Below, one piece after another: positions 9,899 to 19,722 of a stretch of 64,000 nucleotides of DNA (positions are counted from its first letter, which is position 1; each line of letters starts with the position of its first letter). Origin of the DNA: Syntrophales bacterium (GTDB lineage: Bacteria; Desulfobacterota; Syntrophia; Syntrophales; UBA4778); NCBI GenBank assembly GCA_963665615.2, contig CAXXQE010000007.1, forward strand, positions 62,001 to 126,000. Reading direction: 5' to 3'. The translations under genes and the position numbers were made by a program. The notes beneath the pieces were generated by a model. The model searched no databases and was not told the DNA's origin. It was given only the letters and a program-made list of their open reading frames with translations.

Positions 9899-10888
9899 GT
9901 GGGCAAGAAGAGAATTCTGAGTGGTATGCGGCCGACGGGGAAACTGCATCTGGGCAACCTTCTGGGTGCCCTCGGCAACTGGATCGATCTCCAGAACGGA
10001 GGCGATTACGATTGTTTTTATTTTGTCGCCGACTGGCACGCTCTGACGAGCGATTACGGCAGCACGGAGAACATCCGTGCCAACGTCGCCGACATGGTGA
10101 TCGACTGGTTGAGTTGTGGTCTGGATCCGGCGAAGAGCACTCTCTTCGTGCAGTCGAACGTGAAGGAGCATGCCGAGCTCTTCCTTTTCTTCTCCATGAT
10201 TACGCCGCTGCCCTGGCTGGAGCGCAATCCGACCTATAAGGAGATGAAGGCCGAGCTGATCGAGAAGGATCTCTCCACCTTCGGGTTCTTGGGCTATCCG
10301 GTGCTTCAGGCGGCCGATATCCTCATCTACAAGGCCAATGCCGTGCCGGTCGGAATGGATCAACTGCCGCACATCGAACTGACCCGTGAGATCGCCCGGC
10401 GGTTCAATTACCTCTATGGCGAACTCTTCCCCGTTCCGGACCCGATTCTGGCAGAGGTTCCGAAGCTGCTGGGCATCGATGGACGAAAGATGAGCAAGTC
10501 CTACGATAACGCCATCTATCTGAGCGATCGCGGCGACGATCTTAAGAAGAAGGTCGAATCGATGTTCACAGATCCACAGCGGCTGCGGCGCAAGGATCCG
10601 GGTCGTCCCGAGATCTGCAATGTATTTACCTTCCACAAGATCTACAGCTCCGATACCGACGTGGCCGCTATTCAGCGTGATTGCCCGCTGGCGCAGATCG
10701 GATGCGTGGAGTGCAAAAAACGACTTCTCGAACGTCTCAACGAACAACTTCAGCCGATCCACGAGCGTCAGGATTACTACCGTGCGAATCGCTCCGAGGT
10801 CGAGGCCGTTATCGAGGACGGTAATCGGCGCGCTCGTCAGATCGCTGCGGAAACGATGGCGGCCGCCAGGGATGCGGTAAGAATATAA
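9899..10888 (+). CDS. trpS: Tryptophanyl-tRNA synthetase
   Basis: SGMRPTGKLHLGN (HIGH), YPVLQAADIL, KMSKS. Confidence 0.97.
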   Translation: MGKKRILSGMRPTGKLHLGNLLGALGNWIDLQNGGDYDCFYFVADWHALTSDYGSTENIRANVADMVIDWLSCGLDPAKSTLFVQSNVKEHAELFLFFSMITPLPWLERNPTYKEMKAELIEKDLSTFGFLGYPVLQAADILIYKANAVPVGMDQLPHIELTREIARRFNYLYGELFPVPDPILAEVPKLLGIDGRKMSKSYDNAIYLSDRGDDLKKKVESMFTDPQRLRRKDPGRPEICNVFTFHKIYSSDTDVAAIQRDCPLAQIGCVECKKRLLERLNEQLQPIHERQDYYRANRSEVEAVIEDGNRRARQIAAETMAAARDAVRI

Positions 10889-10977
10889 GTGGCCGGTTGA
10901 CGGTTGCCGGTTATCGGATGGCTTCTTGATTTACTGTTTATCTGGAAACCGGCAATTGAGGACTGAAAACCGAATAT

Positions 10978-11808
10978 ATGACTTACGAAATCAAACTCGA
11001 CATCTTCGAAGGCCCACTTGATCTGCTGCTAACGCTGATCAAGAAGAACGATATCGATATCTACAATATCCCGATTGCCGTCATTACGGAGCAATATCTT
11101 CAGCACGTCGAGGCCATGAAGGCGCTGAATCTGGATATCGCAGGAGAATACCTGGTGATGGCCTCGACGTTGATCCTCATCAAGTCGAAGATGCTGCTGC
11201 CCGTGGACGAAAGCGAGGCGGCCGATCAGGAGGCGGAAGACCCGCGCGCCGAACTGGTCCGGCAGTTGCTGGAATATCAGGCCTTCAAGGAGGCGGCTGC
11301 AACGCTTGAGACACGGCCCATCCTGGGACGGGATGTTTTCAAACGCGACTATCCGGTCGAGGAATCGGAATCTGCCGACGACGAGGAGGGGGTTGTCGAA
11401 CTCGATCTATTCGATCTGATCCAGGCATTCCGCAAGGTGCTGTCCGGGATGAAGAAGGAGGAGATGATCGAGTTCGATCTGGAACGGATATCGCTTTCCG
11501 ACCGGATCAGCGAAATCATGGACCGTTTGAACGCCGTGAAGGATCTGACATTTGACGATCTGCTGGAAGGGAATACCGGGCGCAGGCAGATTGTTTATAC
11601 GTTTTTGGCCATCCTCGAACTGATGAAGTTGAAAGCGATCCGTGTCTTTCAGGTCGATCCGTTCGGGACAATCCGGGTCTTCCCGGCTGTCGATGCATCG
11701 CCTTCCGAGGATCTCTCTTTTGAGGAGGCGTCTGGAGAAGCCACAGCGGACACAACGTCAGAGGGGGCTACGGCGCACGATGGAGATGGAGAAACATCGG
11801 GGGCATAA
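10978..11808 (+). CDS. scpA: Segregation and condensation protein A
   Basis: FEGPLDLLL, EDPRAELV, FLAILEL. Confidence 0.95.
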   Translation: MTYEIKLDIFEGPLDLLLTLIKKNDIDIYNIPIAVITEQYLQHVEAMKALNLDIAGEYLVMASTLILIKSKMLLPVDESEAADQEAEDPRAELVRQLLEYQAFKEAAATLETRPILGRDVFKRDYPVEESESADDEEGVVELDLFDLIQAFRKVLSGMKKEEMIEFDLERISLSDRISEIMDRLNAVKDLTFDDLLEGNTGRRQIVYTFLAILELMKLKAIRVFQVDPFGTIRVFPAVDASPSEDLSFEEASGEATADTTSEGATAHDGDGETSGA

Positions 11809-11838
11809 TACGATTTGGAGCAAACGGGAACCAACGGC

Positions 11839-12507
11839 ATGGAAAACTTGAAAGCCATCATAGAAACATTGATCTTCGCCTCGGATGCGCCGCTTCCTGT
11901 TGCACGAATCCGGGAAATCATAGAGGATTGCGAACGGGAACTCATTACGGAGGCGCTCTCGGAACTGGTGAAAGAGTACGAGGATCGTCAGGGGGGGCTT
12001 TTGCTGCAAGAGGTTGCCGGCGGATATCAGTTCCGGACGAATCCGCACTGGAGCGCCTGGGTGAAGAAGATGAAGGGTGGCAAGCCCGCCGCCCTTTCGC
12101 AACCCGCCCTTGAAACCCTCGCGATCATCGCCTATCGCCAGCCGGTCGTCAAAACTGATATCGAACGGATCCGCGGCGTCGATGTGAGCGGGCCGCTCAG
12201 GGGGCTCCTGGACAAGAAACTCGTGCGCATGGTCGGGCGCAAGGACGTACCCGGCAAGCCGATGCTCTACGGAACAACGAAGCGGTTCCTGGAGGTCTTC
12301 AATTTGCCAGATCTTTCGGAACTGCCCACCCTGCGCGAATTGAAGGAACTCCAGGAAGCCTATGAGGCGGAGGAAAAACTGAAGCGGCAGGATGCATCGG
12401 ATTCGGAGGAACTGCCCTTCGATGAGCCCTCAGAACCGTCAAGGGTTGATGAGGAGGAAAACAGTTCTTTGACGGAAGCGGCAGAAGAGGAGACGACGGT
12501 TGAGTGA
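11839..12507 (+). CDS. scpB: Segregation and condensation protein B
   Basis: LETLAIIAYRQPV, IRGV, LYGTTKRFL; follows scpA. Confidence 0.95.
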   Translation: MENLKAIIETLIFASDAPLPVARIREIIEDCERELITEALSELVKEYEDRQGGLLLQEVAGGYQFRTNPHWSAWVKKMKGGKPAALSQPALETLAIIAYRQPVVKTDIERIRGVDVSGPLRGLLDKKLVRMVGRKDVPGKPMLYGTTKRFLEVFNLPDLSELPTLRELKELQEAYEAEEKLKRQDASDSEELPFDEPSEPSRVDEEENSSLTEAAEEETTVE

Positions 12508-13216
12508 ACGGCTCCAGAAGTTGATTGCCAGTGCCGGGGTTGCCTCGCGGCGCGCTGCCGAGGAAATGATCCGGCAGGGGCGCGTCTCGGTCAACGGCGT
12601 CGTCGTGCGCGAGCTTGGCACGAAGGCATCGGCCGCCGATGAAATCCGAATCGACGGCAAGCTTGTTTTGACGGAGGTTTCCCGCATTTATCTGATACTC
12701 AACAAGCCGTCAGGCTATGTTACGACACTGAGTGATCCTGAGGGACGCCCCATTATCACCGATCTCACTCGTGACGTTGCTGAGCGGATTTTTCCAGTCG
12801 GTCGCCTGGATTACGATTCAGAGGGGCTGATCTTTCTGACCAATGACGGCGATTTTGCGCAAAAACTCCAGCATCCGCGGTACCGGATTCCGAAGACTTA
12901 TCTCGTCAAGGTAAAGGGAAATCCGACAAGGACGGAGCTTCACAGCATGCACCAGGGCGTCGTTTTGGAAGATGGGCATTTCAAACCGACGTCCCTGGAT
13001 GTCGAGAAGGTCAATGATAAAAGCTGCTGGTTGCGCGTGACGATTCATGAGGGGCGCAACCGAATTCTGCGGCGCTATTTTGAGGCGCTTCGTCATCCGG
13101 TTGTCAGGCTGATACGGATTGCTTTTGGGAATATGGACTTGGGGAAATTGCAGGAAGGTGAATACCGATATCTGAAACCGAACGAAATCAGAAGATTGCT
13201 TTCCATGACGGATTGA
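12500..13216 (+). CDS. rluB: 23S rRNA pseudouridine synthase (RluB/RsuA family)
   Basis: S4 domain RLQKLIA...SRR; GRLDYDSEGL; EGRNR; scpAB-rluB synteny. Confidence 0.88.
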   Translation: MSERLQKLIASAGVASRRAAEEMIRQGRVSVNGVVVRELGTKASAADEIRIDGKLVLTEVSRIYLILNKPSGYVTTLSDPEGRPIITDLTRDVAERIFPVGRLDYDSEGLIFLTNDGDFAQKLQHPRYRIPKTYLVKVKGNPTRTELHSMHQGVVLEDGHFKPTSLDVEKVNDKSCWLRVTIHEGRNRILRRYFEALRHPVVRLIRIAFGNMDLGKLQEGEYRYLKPNEIRRLLSMTD

Positions 13217-13234
13217 AAACCATACAAAATTATC

Positions 13235-13264
13235 TTGACAATCCCATTGGATTGCAACTATAGT
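13235..13264 (+). promoter_or_regulatory. Putative sigma70 promoter for ihfB
   Basis: TTGACA-18 bp-TATAGT. Confidence 0.55.
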
Positions 13265-13322
13265 TTGTTGCCTGTGTGTATCTAGCTGGATGTTCACGGT
13301 ATTTTGACTCTAAGGGGGATCT

Positions 13323-13601
13323 ATGAACAAGTCTGAGTTAATCGAGGCTTTGAGTAAAAAAGAGAATATGACCGAAAAGAGATCGATGGATGTGATCAAC
13401 CTGGTTTTTGATGGCTTTGTCGATGAGCTCAAAGAGGGCGGCAGGATCGAAATCAGGGGTTTCGGTAGCTTCGTTGTTAGGGAGTATGAGTCTTATACCG
13501 GCAGAAATCCCAAGACGGGAAGTAATATCCAGGTCGCCCCCAAGAAGCTTCCTTTCTTCAAGGTTGGCAAAGAGTTGAAAGAGGCAATTAACAAGAGATA
13601 A
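13323..13601 (+). CDS. ihfB: Integration host factor beta / HU family protein
   Basis: MNKSELI, RIEIRGFGSF, GRNPKTG, PFFKVGKELK. Confidence 0.8.
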   Translation: MNKSELIEALSKKENMTEKRSMDVINLVFDGFVDELKEGGRIEIRGFGSFVVREYESYTGRNPKTGSNIQVAPKKLPFFKVGKELKEAINKR

Positions 13602-13629
13602 TCTGATCAGTTTCTCACTATCGTTCTTT

Positions 13630-13662
13630 GGGGAGCGTGCTGCGGCATGCTCCCTCTTTTTT
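13630..13662 (+). terminator. Rho-independent terminator
   Basis: gggagcgtgc-tgcg-gcatgctccc followed by tctttttt, between convergent genes. Confidence 0.75.
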
Positions 13663-14482
13663 AAATCCGTCCAATCCGTATTTTTCTGCGCAGCCATAGA
13701 ATGCCCTTGACGAATCCCAGGATGATGCCACCAATCAGGATAATGGCGGGCCCTGATGGAAACTCGACGGTGTAAGAAACGAAAAGACCTGCGAGACACA
13801 TCCCTATTCCTGTCAGAATAGAAATCAGGATAACCTGAGCAAAGCGCTGGGACAGTTCGTTGCCGACCGCTACGGGGATGGTCAGGAGCGCAATGACAAG
13901 GATGATTCCGACGACTTGAATCAGCATGACGATAGACAGGGCCACCAGGATCATCAGGCCGGTATACAGGGCGCGTACGGGGAGGCGCCGCGTGATAGCG
14001 AACTCCTCGTCCAGGGTGATAGCGATGAATCCCCTGAAGAAGACCGTGACCGTTCCCAGGACAATCAGTACCAGCGCAAAAAAGATATGGATGCTGGATC
14101 GTGACACCGTCAGAATGTTGCCGAACAAAAAAGTCATCAGATCGGGGGCGAAGCCGGGTGTCAGGTAGATAAAAGTGAGTCCAACCGCCATGCCAACTGC
14201 CCAGACGATTCCAATCAGAAGGTCATTCTGGTAGAGCTTCTTTTCCTCAAGAAATCCTATGGCGACGGCAGCTGCAACGGCGAAACCAAATGCCCCGTAG
14301 AGCGGGTTCAATCCAAGCCAATAGGCCAATCCGAGACCGCCGAATGCCGTGTGGCATAAACCGTCACTAATAAACACCATCCGTTTCGCCACGATAAACG
14401 GGCCGATGACACCACAGACGATACTGGCAAAAACCCCCGCCAACAGTGCATTCTGCATGAATTCGTAATTTAGAAAATCCAT
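13661..14482 (-). CDS. znuB: Zn/Mn ABC transporter permease
   Basis: DGLCHTAFGG, FLFGNIL, VGIILVIALL; start at MDFLNYEF. Confidence 0.88.
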   Translation of the reverse strand: MDFLNYEFMQNALLAGVFASIVCGVIGPFIVAKRMVFISDGLCHTAFGGLGLAYWLGLNPLYGAFGFAVAAAVAIGFLEEKKLYQNDLLIGIVWAVGMAVGLTFIYLTPGFAPDLMTFLFGNILTVSRSSIHIFFALVLIVLGTVTVFFRGFIAITLDEEFAITRRLPVRALYTGLMILVALSIVMLIQVVGIILVIALLTIPVAVGNELSQRFAQVILISILTGIGMCLAGLFVSYTVEFPSGPAIILIGGIILGFVKGILWLRRKIRIGRI

Positions 14483-14506
14483 TCGATAAACGACTTTCTT
14501 GTGCCT

Positions 14507-14577
14507 GTCATTGCGAGCGAAACGAGGCAATCTAACTCTCTTGATTTATGAGATTGCTTCACTTCGTTCGCAATGAC
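14507..14577. repeat. Palindromic REP-like element between znuC and znuB
   Basis: gtcattgcgagcgaaacgaggcaatct ... agattgcttcacttcgttcgcaatgac, 27-bp imperfect inverted repeat. Confidence 0.75.
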
Positions 14578-14685
14578 GCCTTTTTTAGATTTTTGCGAGT
14601 TGTCACTCTTTACGTCTCACTTTGTCGCGGCGGTGTCGTACGCTGTTTGCTGTTCACTATTCGCTATCAACTGCGGCGCCAGCCG

Positions 14686-15426
14686 CTATTCATGATCATG
14701 AAGAACAACATGCGGTATCCCATGCCCAAGCAGTTCAACAGGACAGCCGTAAACCTGTTCGAGCGAGTTTACATCCAGATTGCCGCGATCATGGTAGAAG
14801 AGCGTACGATTGACGCAGGCCACATGGCGATACGATTTGACAAAAGGCGTCGGATCGTGGGTAATGACCACAATAGCGGTGGTTTGATTCAGTTCCCCGA
14901 TGAATTCGAGCAGGTTGAGTTGCGATACCGCATCTATGGATGTTGTAGGTTCATCGAGAAAGAGCACGACTGGTTCCGATACAAGCGCACGGGCGATGAG
15001 CAGCCGCTGACGTTGACCTCCGGAGAGGTCATTGATATTGTGATGTCGAACTCCCGCAAGTGCCAACCGCTCTATGACCGCTTCTGCCTTCAGGAGATGT
15101 TCCCGCTGGCGCGGTTTGAAAAAATTTCCGGAATAAATGAAGCCGGTCATCACCATGTCCAGAACAGTGATAGGAAAGTTCCTGTTGAACTCGGCATACT
15201 GAGGCACATAGCCAAGGCGGTTCCTGTTCCCGTTATGGCATTGAATGTTTCCACTCCAAGGGTGGAGGATTCCCATGATCAGCTTCAGAAGGGTAGACTT
15301 GCCCCCGCCGTTCGGACCGATAATGAGGAGGTTGTCGCGTTCGTAGATGTCGAGATTGACATCCAACAAGACCGGTTGCGATGCGTAGCCGAAGGTAAGA
15401 TTTTGCACCTCGATGATTTTTCTCAC
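14686..15426 (-). CDS. znuC: Zn/Mn ABC transporter ATPase
   Basis: GPNGGGKST, LSGGQRQR, LDEPT; His-rich C-terminus. Confidence 0.9.
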   Translation of the reverse strand: MRKIIEVQNLTFGYASQPVLLDVNLDIYERDNLLIIGPNGGGKSTLLKLIMGILHPWSGNIQCHNGNRNRLGYVPQYAEFNRNFPITVLDMVMTGFIYSGNFFKPRQREHLLKAEAVIERLALAGVRHHNINDLSGGQRQRLLIARALVSEPVVLFLDEPTTSIDAVSQLNLLEFIGELNQTTAIVVITHDPTPFVKSYRHVACVNRTLFYHDRGNLDVNSLEQVYGCPVELLGHGIPHVVLHDHE

Positions 15427-16277
15427 TGTCCCAGCGCCTCTTTCGTTTTTTGGGCCATCTGCCAGGTATTGGTCAGCCAGTCTTTTTCCAACGGGTCGAT
15501 TTCGATCAAACGGGAACCTGCTTCCGTGGCGACTGCACTGGCGCTTTTGTGATCGAATCCTTTCTGAACCAGGATCGCCGGGATCTTTCGCTCTTTTGCT
15601 TGGTGGATCAGATTGCGCAGATACTGCGCGCTAGGCGATTTTCCTTCTTTTTCAATGACGATCTGCTTAAGGCGATAACGCTCGGCAAGGTAGCCGAGGG
15701 CGGGATGAAAAATCATGAAGGCGGCGCCTTTTCGATCCTCAAAGAGAGTGCCGAGTTTTACATCAAGCGCTTCAATGTCATTCAGGAAGGCATCCAAATT
15801 TTTTTTGAAGCATGGCACGTCGGAGGGATACCTTTCGGCAAGCGCTTGATAGATGTTCATTGCGGATATTCTAACGGTATGGGGCGCGATCCAAATGTGC
15901 GGATCGTCGGGCAGCGGTGCAATGCCCTTCGACATGTCGATTATTGTGAGTCCCGGGTGTTTGCGAATCAGTGGATCCACGTATTTTGACTCAAAATAGA
16001 AATGAGGCAGCCCGATCTTAACATAGACATCGGCCTGGGAAATGGCGATAAGCTGTTTGGGCGTCGGATCGAAGGTATCGTGGTCCGCATACTTGGGCAT
16101 GACGGCCTGCACCGATACCCTATCGCCCCCGATTCGCTCAACGAAGTAGGCCTGTGGCAGAATGCTGACGATGACCTTAATTTTGCCGCCCGCAGCAAAT
16201 GACAAGGTCGCGGCGCCTAGCAAGATAAACAAAAGAATAAAAAGCGTAAAGGCAGTTTTCAGTTGTGGGTATGACAT
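15423..16277 (-). CDS. znuA: Zn/Mn ABC transporter substrate-binding protein
   Basis: Signal peptide; DHDTFDP, DPHIW, FHPALGY metal ligands. Confidence 0.88.
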   Translation of the reverse strand: MSYPQLKTAFTLFILLFILLGAATLSFAAGGKIKVIVSILPQAYFVERIGGDRVSVQAVMPKYADHDTFDPTPKQLIAISQADVYVKIGLPHFYFESKYVDPLIRKHPGLTIIDMSKGIAPLPDDPHIWIAPHTVRISAMNIYQALAERYPSDVPCFKKNLDAFLNDIEALDVKLGTLFEDRKGAAFMIFHPALGYLAERYRLKQIVIEKEGKSPSAQYLRNLIHQAKERKIPAILVQKGFDHKSASAVATEAGSRLIEIDPLEKDWLTNTWQMAQKTKEALGQ

Positions 16278-16687
16278 TTGGCGCAGACTCCCGATAAGTG
16301 AATAGAGATGGTGTCAATGGCCATAGAGGCGCTGGCAACTCTTTTTAGAAAACGCGTCGTCGCTATAGACGGAAGACAAGCCGTGGTCTGGCATTTGACG
16401 CAAAAGAAGTGAGGATGTATGGGATTGTGCCGGCAGGCTACTTCGTACAGCTTGGGGCCATTTGCAGGCGTGATTTCCCGGATGATTCCAGCATCTTTAA
16501 AGGTCGTTAACATTCGATAAAGCGTAACGCGGTTGATCGTACTGCATTTCCTCAACCGATCTGCGATCTGTGCTGAACTCATGAGTTTCATGGTCCCAAC
16601 CAGGATTGACAGGACTTGAAGTCGGTGTGCGGTCACGCTAAGCCGCGATTTCATCAAGATGTCAGCTGCGTTACAATGCGTTTCCAT
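16259..16687 (-). CDS. zur: Fur-family regulator, probably Zur
   Basis: TLYRML, HPHFFCVKC, GVCAKC; first gene of the znu operon. Start taken at METHCN. Confidence 0.75.
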   Translation of the reverse strand: METHCNAADILMKSRLSVTAHRLQVLSILVGTMKLMSSAQIADRLRKCSTINRVTLYRMLTTFKDAGIIREITPANGPKLYEVACRHNPIHPHFFCVKCQTTACLPSIATTRFLKRVASASMAIDTISIHLSGVCAKCHTHN

Positions 16688-16705
16688 AGGAGAAGCATAG
16701 AAGAA

Positions 16706-16722
16706 ATGCAACCAAGATGCAA
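16706..16722. promoter_or_regulatory. Candidate Zur operator
   Basis: Near-palindrome aTGCAAC-caa-GATGCAa about 20 bp upstream of the zur start. Confidence 0.55.
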
Positions 16723-16844
16723 ATATTTTTCCGCGCTTTCTCATGAAAAGAGAGACACGGCCGTTCAAATTGATGCGTGGCTTCAGCGCTTGAACTAACA
16801 AACAAACCCTTGCAACAAAAGAGTTGAGAGATTATAGTGCGCCC

Positions 16845-17558
16845 ATGATTGAAGGTTTGAGCGCTCAATTGGAAGTTCTTGTGCGTGGTCCATTTCCACT
16901 TGCTTGCGGAGGTGCTTATCTTGCCGGGTTACTGGTTGGGCTGACGCCGTGTGTTTATCCGGTGATACCGATTATCATAGGGTTCTTCGGCAGTAGAAAG
17001 CCTCAGTCCGGTCTGAAGGTCTTTGGGTTATCTGTTGTTTACGTTGTGGGTATGGCCTTGGTCTATGCTGCCTTAGGGGCTTTTACGGCGCTGACCGGAA
17101 AATTGTTCGGCCGAGTTCAGTCAAGTCCCTGGACGTTTTTTGTTATAGGCAATGTTTGTTTTCTGATGGGCCTTTCGATGATGGGCCTCTTTAAAATCAA
17201 CATTCACCTTCCGCCCTCCATCGTTCGATTCCAGTCAACACGCTCGAGCGGTTTCATGAGCAGTTTCATTATGGGAGCAACTTCTGGTCTGCTCATAGGC
17301 CCCTGCACGACGCCCGTTCTATTCGTTTTGTTGACGCTGGTCGCAACAGGTCAGAGTGTCCTCGGTGGGATGCTCCTTCTATTCATTTTTGCCTTCGGCA
17401 TGGGGACGCTTCTCATTGTTCCAGGTGTTTTTTCGGCAATGCTCAGACGTATGCCGAAAAGCGGGCGCTGGGTGGTTTACGTTGAAAAGGGGTTTGGCTT
17501 GTTGCTCGCAGCAGTGGGAGAGTACTACCTCATCAAGATGGGAGAAGCACTTATCTAA
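16845..17558 (+). CDS. CcdA/DsbD transmembrane electron-transfer protein
   Basis: LTPCVYPVIP and GPCTTP cysteine motifs, multi-TM. Confidence 0.88.
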   Translation: MIEGLSAQLEVLVRGPFPLACGGAYLAGLLVGLTPCVYPVIPIIIGFFGSRKPQSGLKVFGLSVVYVVGMALVYAALGAFTALTGKLFGRVQSSPWTFFVIGNVCFLMGLSMMGLFKINIHLPPSIVRFQSTRSSGFMSSFIMGATSGLLIGPCTTPVLFVLLTLVATGQSVLGGMLLLFIFAFGMGTLLIVPGVFSAMLRRMPKSGRWVVYVEKGFGLLLAAVGEYYLIKMGEALI

Positions 17559-17594
17559 ATCTGTCATATTTTGAAGGGGGCTGAGAAGCTCGTT

Positions 17595-18071
17595 ATGAAA
17601 AGAAGAGCCGTCTATAGTTTGATCTTTCTTGTATTCATGCTTGGAATTTCGGATGTCGCTTGGGGCCTCCAGGCGGGAGAGGTTGCACCGGATTTTGCGC
17701 TCAAAGATCTCACAGGGAAATATGTTTCGCTATCGGGCTATAAAGGCAAAGTGGTCTATTTGCTTTTCGGGGCAACGTGGTGTCCTTATTGTGTGGCGGA
17801 AATTCCCAAGATAACGGAGATTCACGCAAAATACTCTCAAAAGGGGCTTGTTTTACTCAATATAGACATTTTGGAGTCCAGGGAAAAAGTACTGGCCTTT
17901 GCGAATAGAAAGAAACTCGTCTTTCCGGTATTGTTGGACGATGACGGCGAGATCGCCCAGCGTTACGGTGTCATCGGTGTTCCAACAAAGGTCCTGATTG
18001 ACCGGACTGGTAAGGTCGTCTGTATCAACTGCCCGTCGATTGAGGAAAAATTGGCGCAGCTTCTGCCGTAA
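17595..18071 (+). CDS. TlpA-family thiol:disulfide oxidoreductase
   Basis: Signal peptide; APDFAL, ATWCPYC, YGVIGVP. Confidence 0.88.
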   Translation: MKRRAVYSLIFLVFMLGISDVAWGLQAGEVAPDFALKDLTGKYVSLSGYKGKVVYLLFGATWCPYCVAEIPKITEIHAKYSQKGLVLLNIDILESREKVLAFANRKKLVFPVLLDDDGEIAQRYGVIGVPTKVLIDRTGKVVCINCPSIEEKLAQLLP

Positions 18072-18311
18072 TGGTGTCGGTGTGTTGTCGCCCCCCCTTT
18101 CTTCGTGGTTTGAACATTCGTTTTAGTGCCGTAGCTTGCTAATATCTAAAGAGATTTATGACGGGAAGCCTTTATGGAAGCTTAATTTAAGTTGACAGGC
18201 CTCGGAAAAAATGGCAAAGACAATGCACTTTGAAACGAGGGCGTGTCCGGGCTTCGGGAAGACGATTCCAAGATTGCAACCAAGCGTTCTCACGGTATCT
18301 TGCCACACAAA

Positions 18312-18387
18312 GGGCGATTAGCTCAGTGGATAGAGCACTGGCCTCCGAAGCCAGGTGTCCCGGGTTCAAATCCCGGATCGCCCTCCA
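18312..18387 (+). tRNA. tRNA-Arg (anticodon CCG)
   Basis: Full cloverleaf: GGGCGAT/ATCGCCC acceptor stem, GCTC/GAGC D stem, CTGGC-CTCCGAA-GCCAG anticodon arm, TTCAAAT T loop, encoded CCA; 76 nt. Confidence 0.97.
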
Positions 18388-18576
18388 TATTTGCCTTCCT
18401 ACCCCGCTTTGAACTCTTCAGTACCGTTGAGTAATTCCCATTGCATGTAAAAAAAAATCTGGTTAAAGTCGGTCAAGAGATAAACCGATACATGTGATTG
18501 GTATCTTAAATACGGGTGGGTCGTCCCATCGATTCGGATAGCCAATCAAAATAATGTCTTCAGCGTTATACGGGAG

Positions 18577-18879
18577 ATGATCATGCCAAAAGTGTCTGCA
18601 GATAAATTGCAGCCTGGAATGATTTTAATGAAGCCGGTTTTGAACAAGGCAGGAATCGTTCTGCTCGGCGAAGGGACCGAGTTAACGGAAACCTGGGTCC
18701 GGCGTATCCAGGACATGGAGTTGACGGGGATCTGGATCGATGGTCCCGAGCTTCCGCAAATCCCCAAGGAACAACTTCTTGCGGAGCTTGATGAGCGTTT
18801 CGAACAGTCTCAGGATAAACCCTATATGGCAGATCTGAAACGCATCATCCGGCAGCACATTGAGGGACTGTATGAGTAA
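18577..18879 (+). CDS. Small protein resembling the N-terminal extension of HD-GYP proteins
   Basis: LQPGMILMKPV...GIVLLGEGTELT pattern; overlaps the HDOD start. Confidence 0.7.
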   Translation: MIMPKVSADKLQPGMILMKPVLNKAGIVLLGEGTELTETWVRRIQDMELTGIWIDGPELPQIPKEQLLAELDERFEQSQDKPYMADLKRIIRQHIEGLYE

Positions 18880-19714
18880 CATTAATGCGGAGATCCTCCG
18901 CAACCGCGTCGAAAATATCAGCGCCCTGCCGACGATCCCCGGCGTTCTCAGGCGCCTTTCCGTCATTATCGAAAATCCTCAGGTTTCCCTGAATGAAATA
19001 ACGGCCTTTGTCTCCAAAGATCCGGCGTTGACCAGTAAGATTCTCAAGATGGTCAATTCGGCGATTTACGGTTTTCCGGGGCGCATTTCCTCGGTTTCAC
19101 ATGCGATTATGCTTCTGGGGCTCAATGTCGTTAAGGGGTTGCTTCTTGGGGTCTCCGTCTTTGAGGTCATGCAGAAGGCTATGGGCGGTCTGCGGGAACA
19201 CTCACTGGCCTGTGCGGTTGCCGCACGAGTCATGGCGCAGCGTAAGGGGCTCAAGGAGCCTGAAGAAGTTTCTGTGGCGGCCCTTTTGCACGACATCGGG
19301 AAGGTTATACTGGCTCTTGAATTTCCAAAAGAATACGAGGTCGCTCAGAATCATGCTGAACAGGAGGGGATCAGCATCTATGAGGCTGAAAAACGCTTGT
19401 TTTCCGAATCACACGCAACAGTCGGCTACTGGCTTGCGGAGAAGTGGCGTTTTCCCCGTAACCTGACGGAGGTTATTGAACATCATCATAGCCCCAAGCT
19501 ATCGCAATTTGCTCCCGTGGAGACGGCGATCGTGCATATGGCGGACGTGTTGGTTCGGGGTCGGGGAATCGGTTTTGCGGGGGGAAAGCTGGTGCCGTCC
19601 GTTCACCCCGAAGCATACGAGTTGCTGGCTTTTTCGGATGACGATTATTTGGACATCCTGAAAGCCATCGAAGAGGCTCATACGGAAACAATAAACGATA
19701 CGGAAGAGGCGTAA
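18872..19714 (+). CDS. HDOD domain protein
   Basis: LPTIP, DPALTSKILKMVNS, LLHDIGK, W.FP, HHH.P. Confidence 0.92.
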   Translation: MSNINAEILRNRVENISALPTIPGVLRRLSVIIENPQVSLNEITAFVSKDPALTSKILKMVNSAIYGFPGRISSVSHAIMLLGLNVVKGLLLGVSVFEVMQKAMGGLREHSLACAVAARVMAQRKGLKEPEEVSVAALLHDIGKVILALEFPKEYEVAQNHAEQEGISIYEAEKRLFSESHATVGYWLAEKWRFPRNLTEVIEHHHSPKLSQFAPVETAIVHMADVLVRGRGIGFAGGKLVPSVHPEAYELLAFSDDDYLDILKAIEEAHTETINDTEEA

Positions 19715-19722
19715 GCCGAGGG

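Noticed and set aside
9878..10762. 294-aa antisense ORF over trpS, and similar long antisense ORFs over nrdD, znuC, hslU, xerD and radC
   Set aside because: Shadow frames of well-supported genes with no recognisable motifs.
18312..18387. tRNA-Arg as integration site of the island
   Set aside because: No duplicated tRNA 3' end or integrase seen, and core genes separate it from the island.
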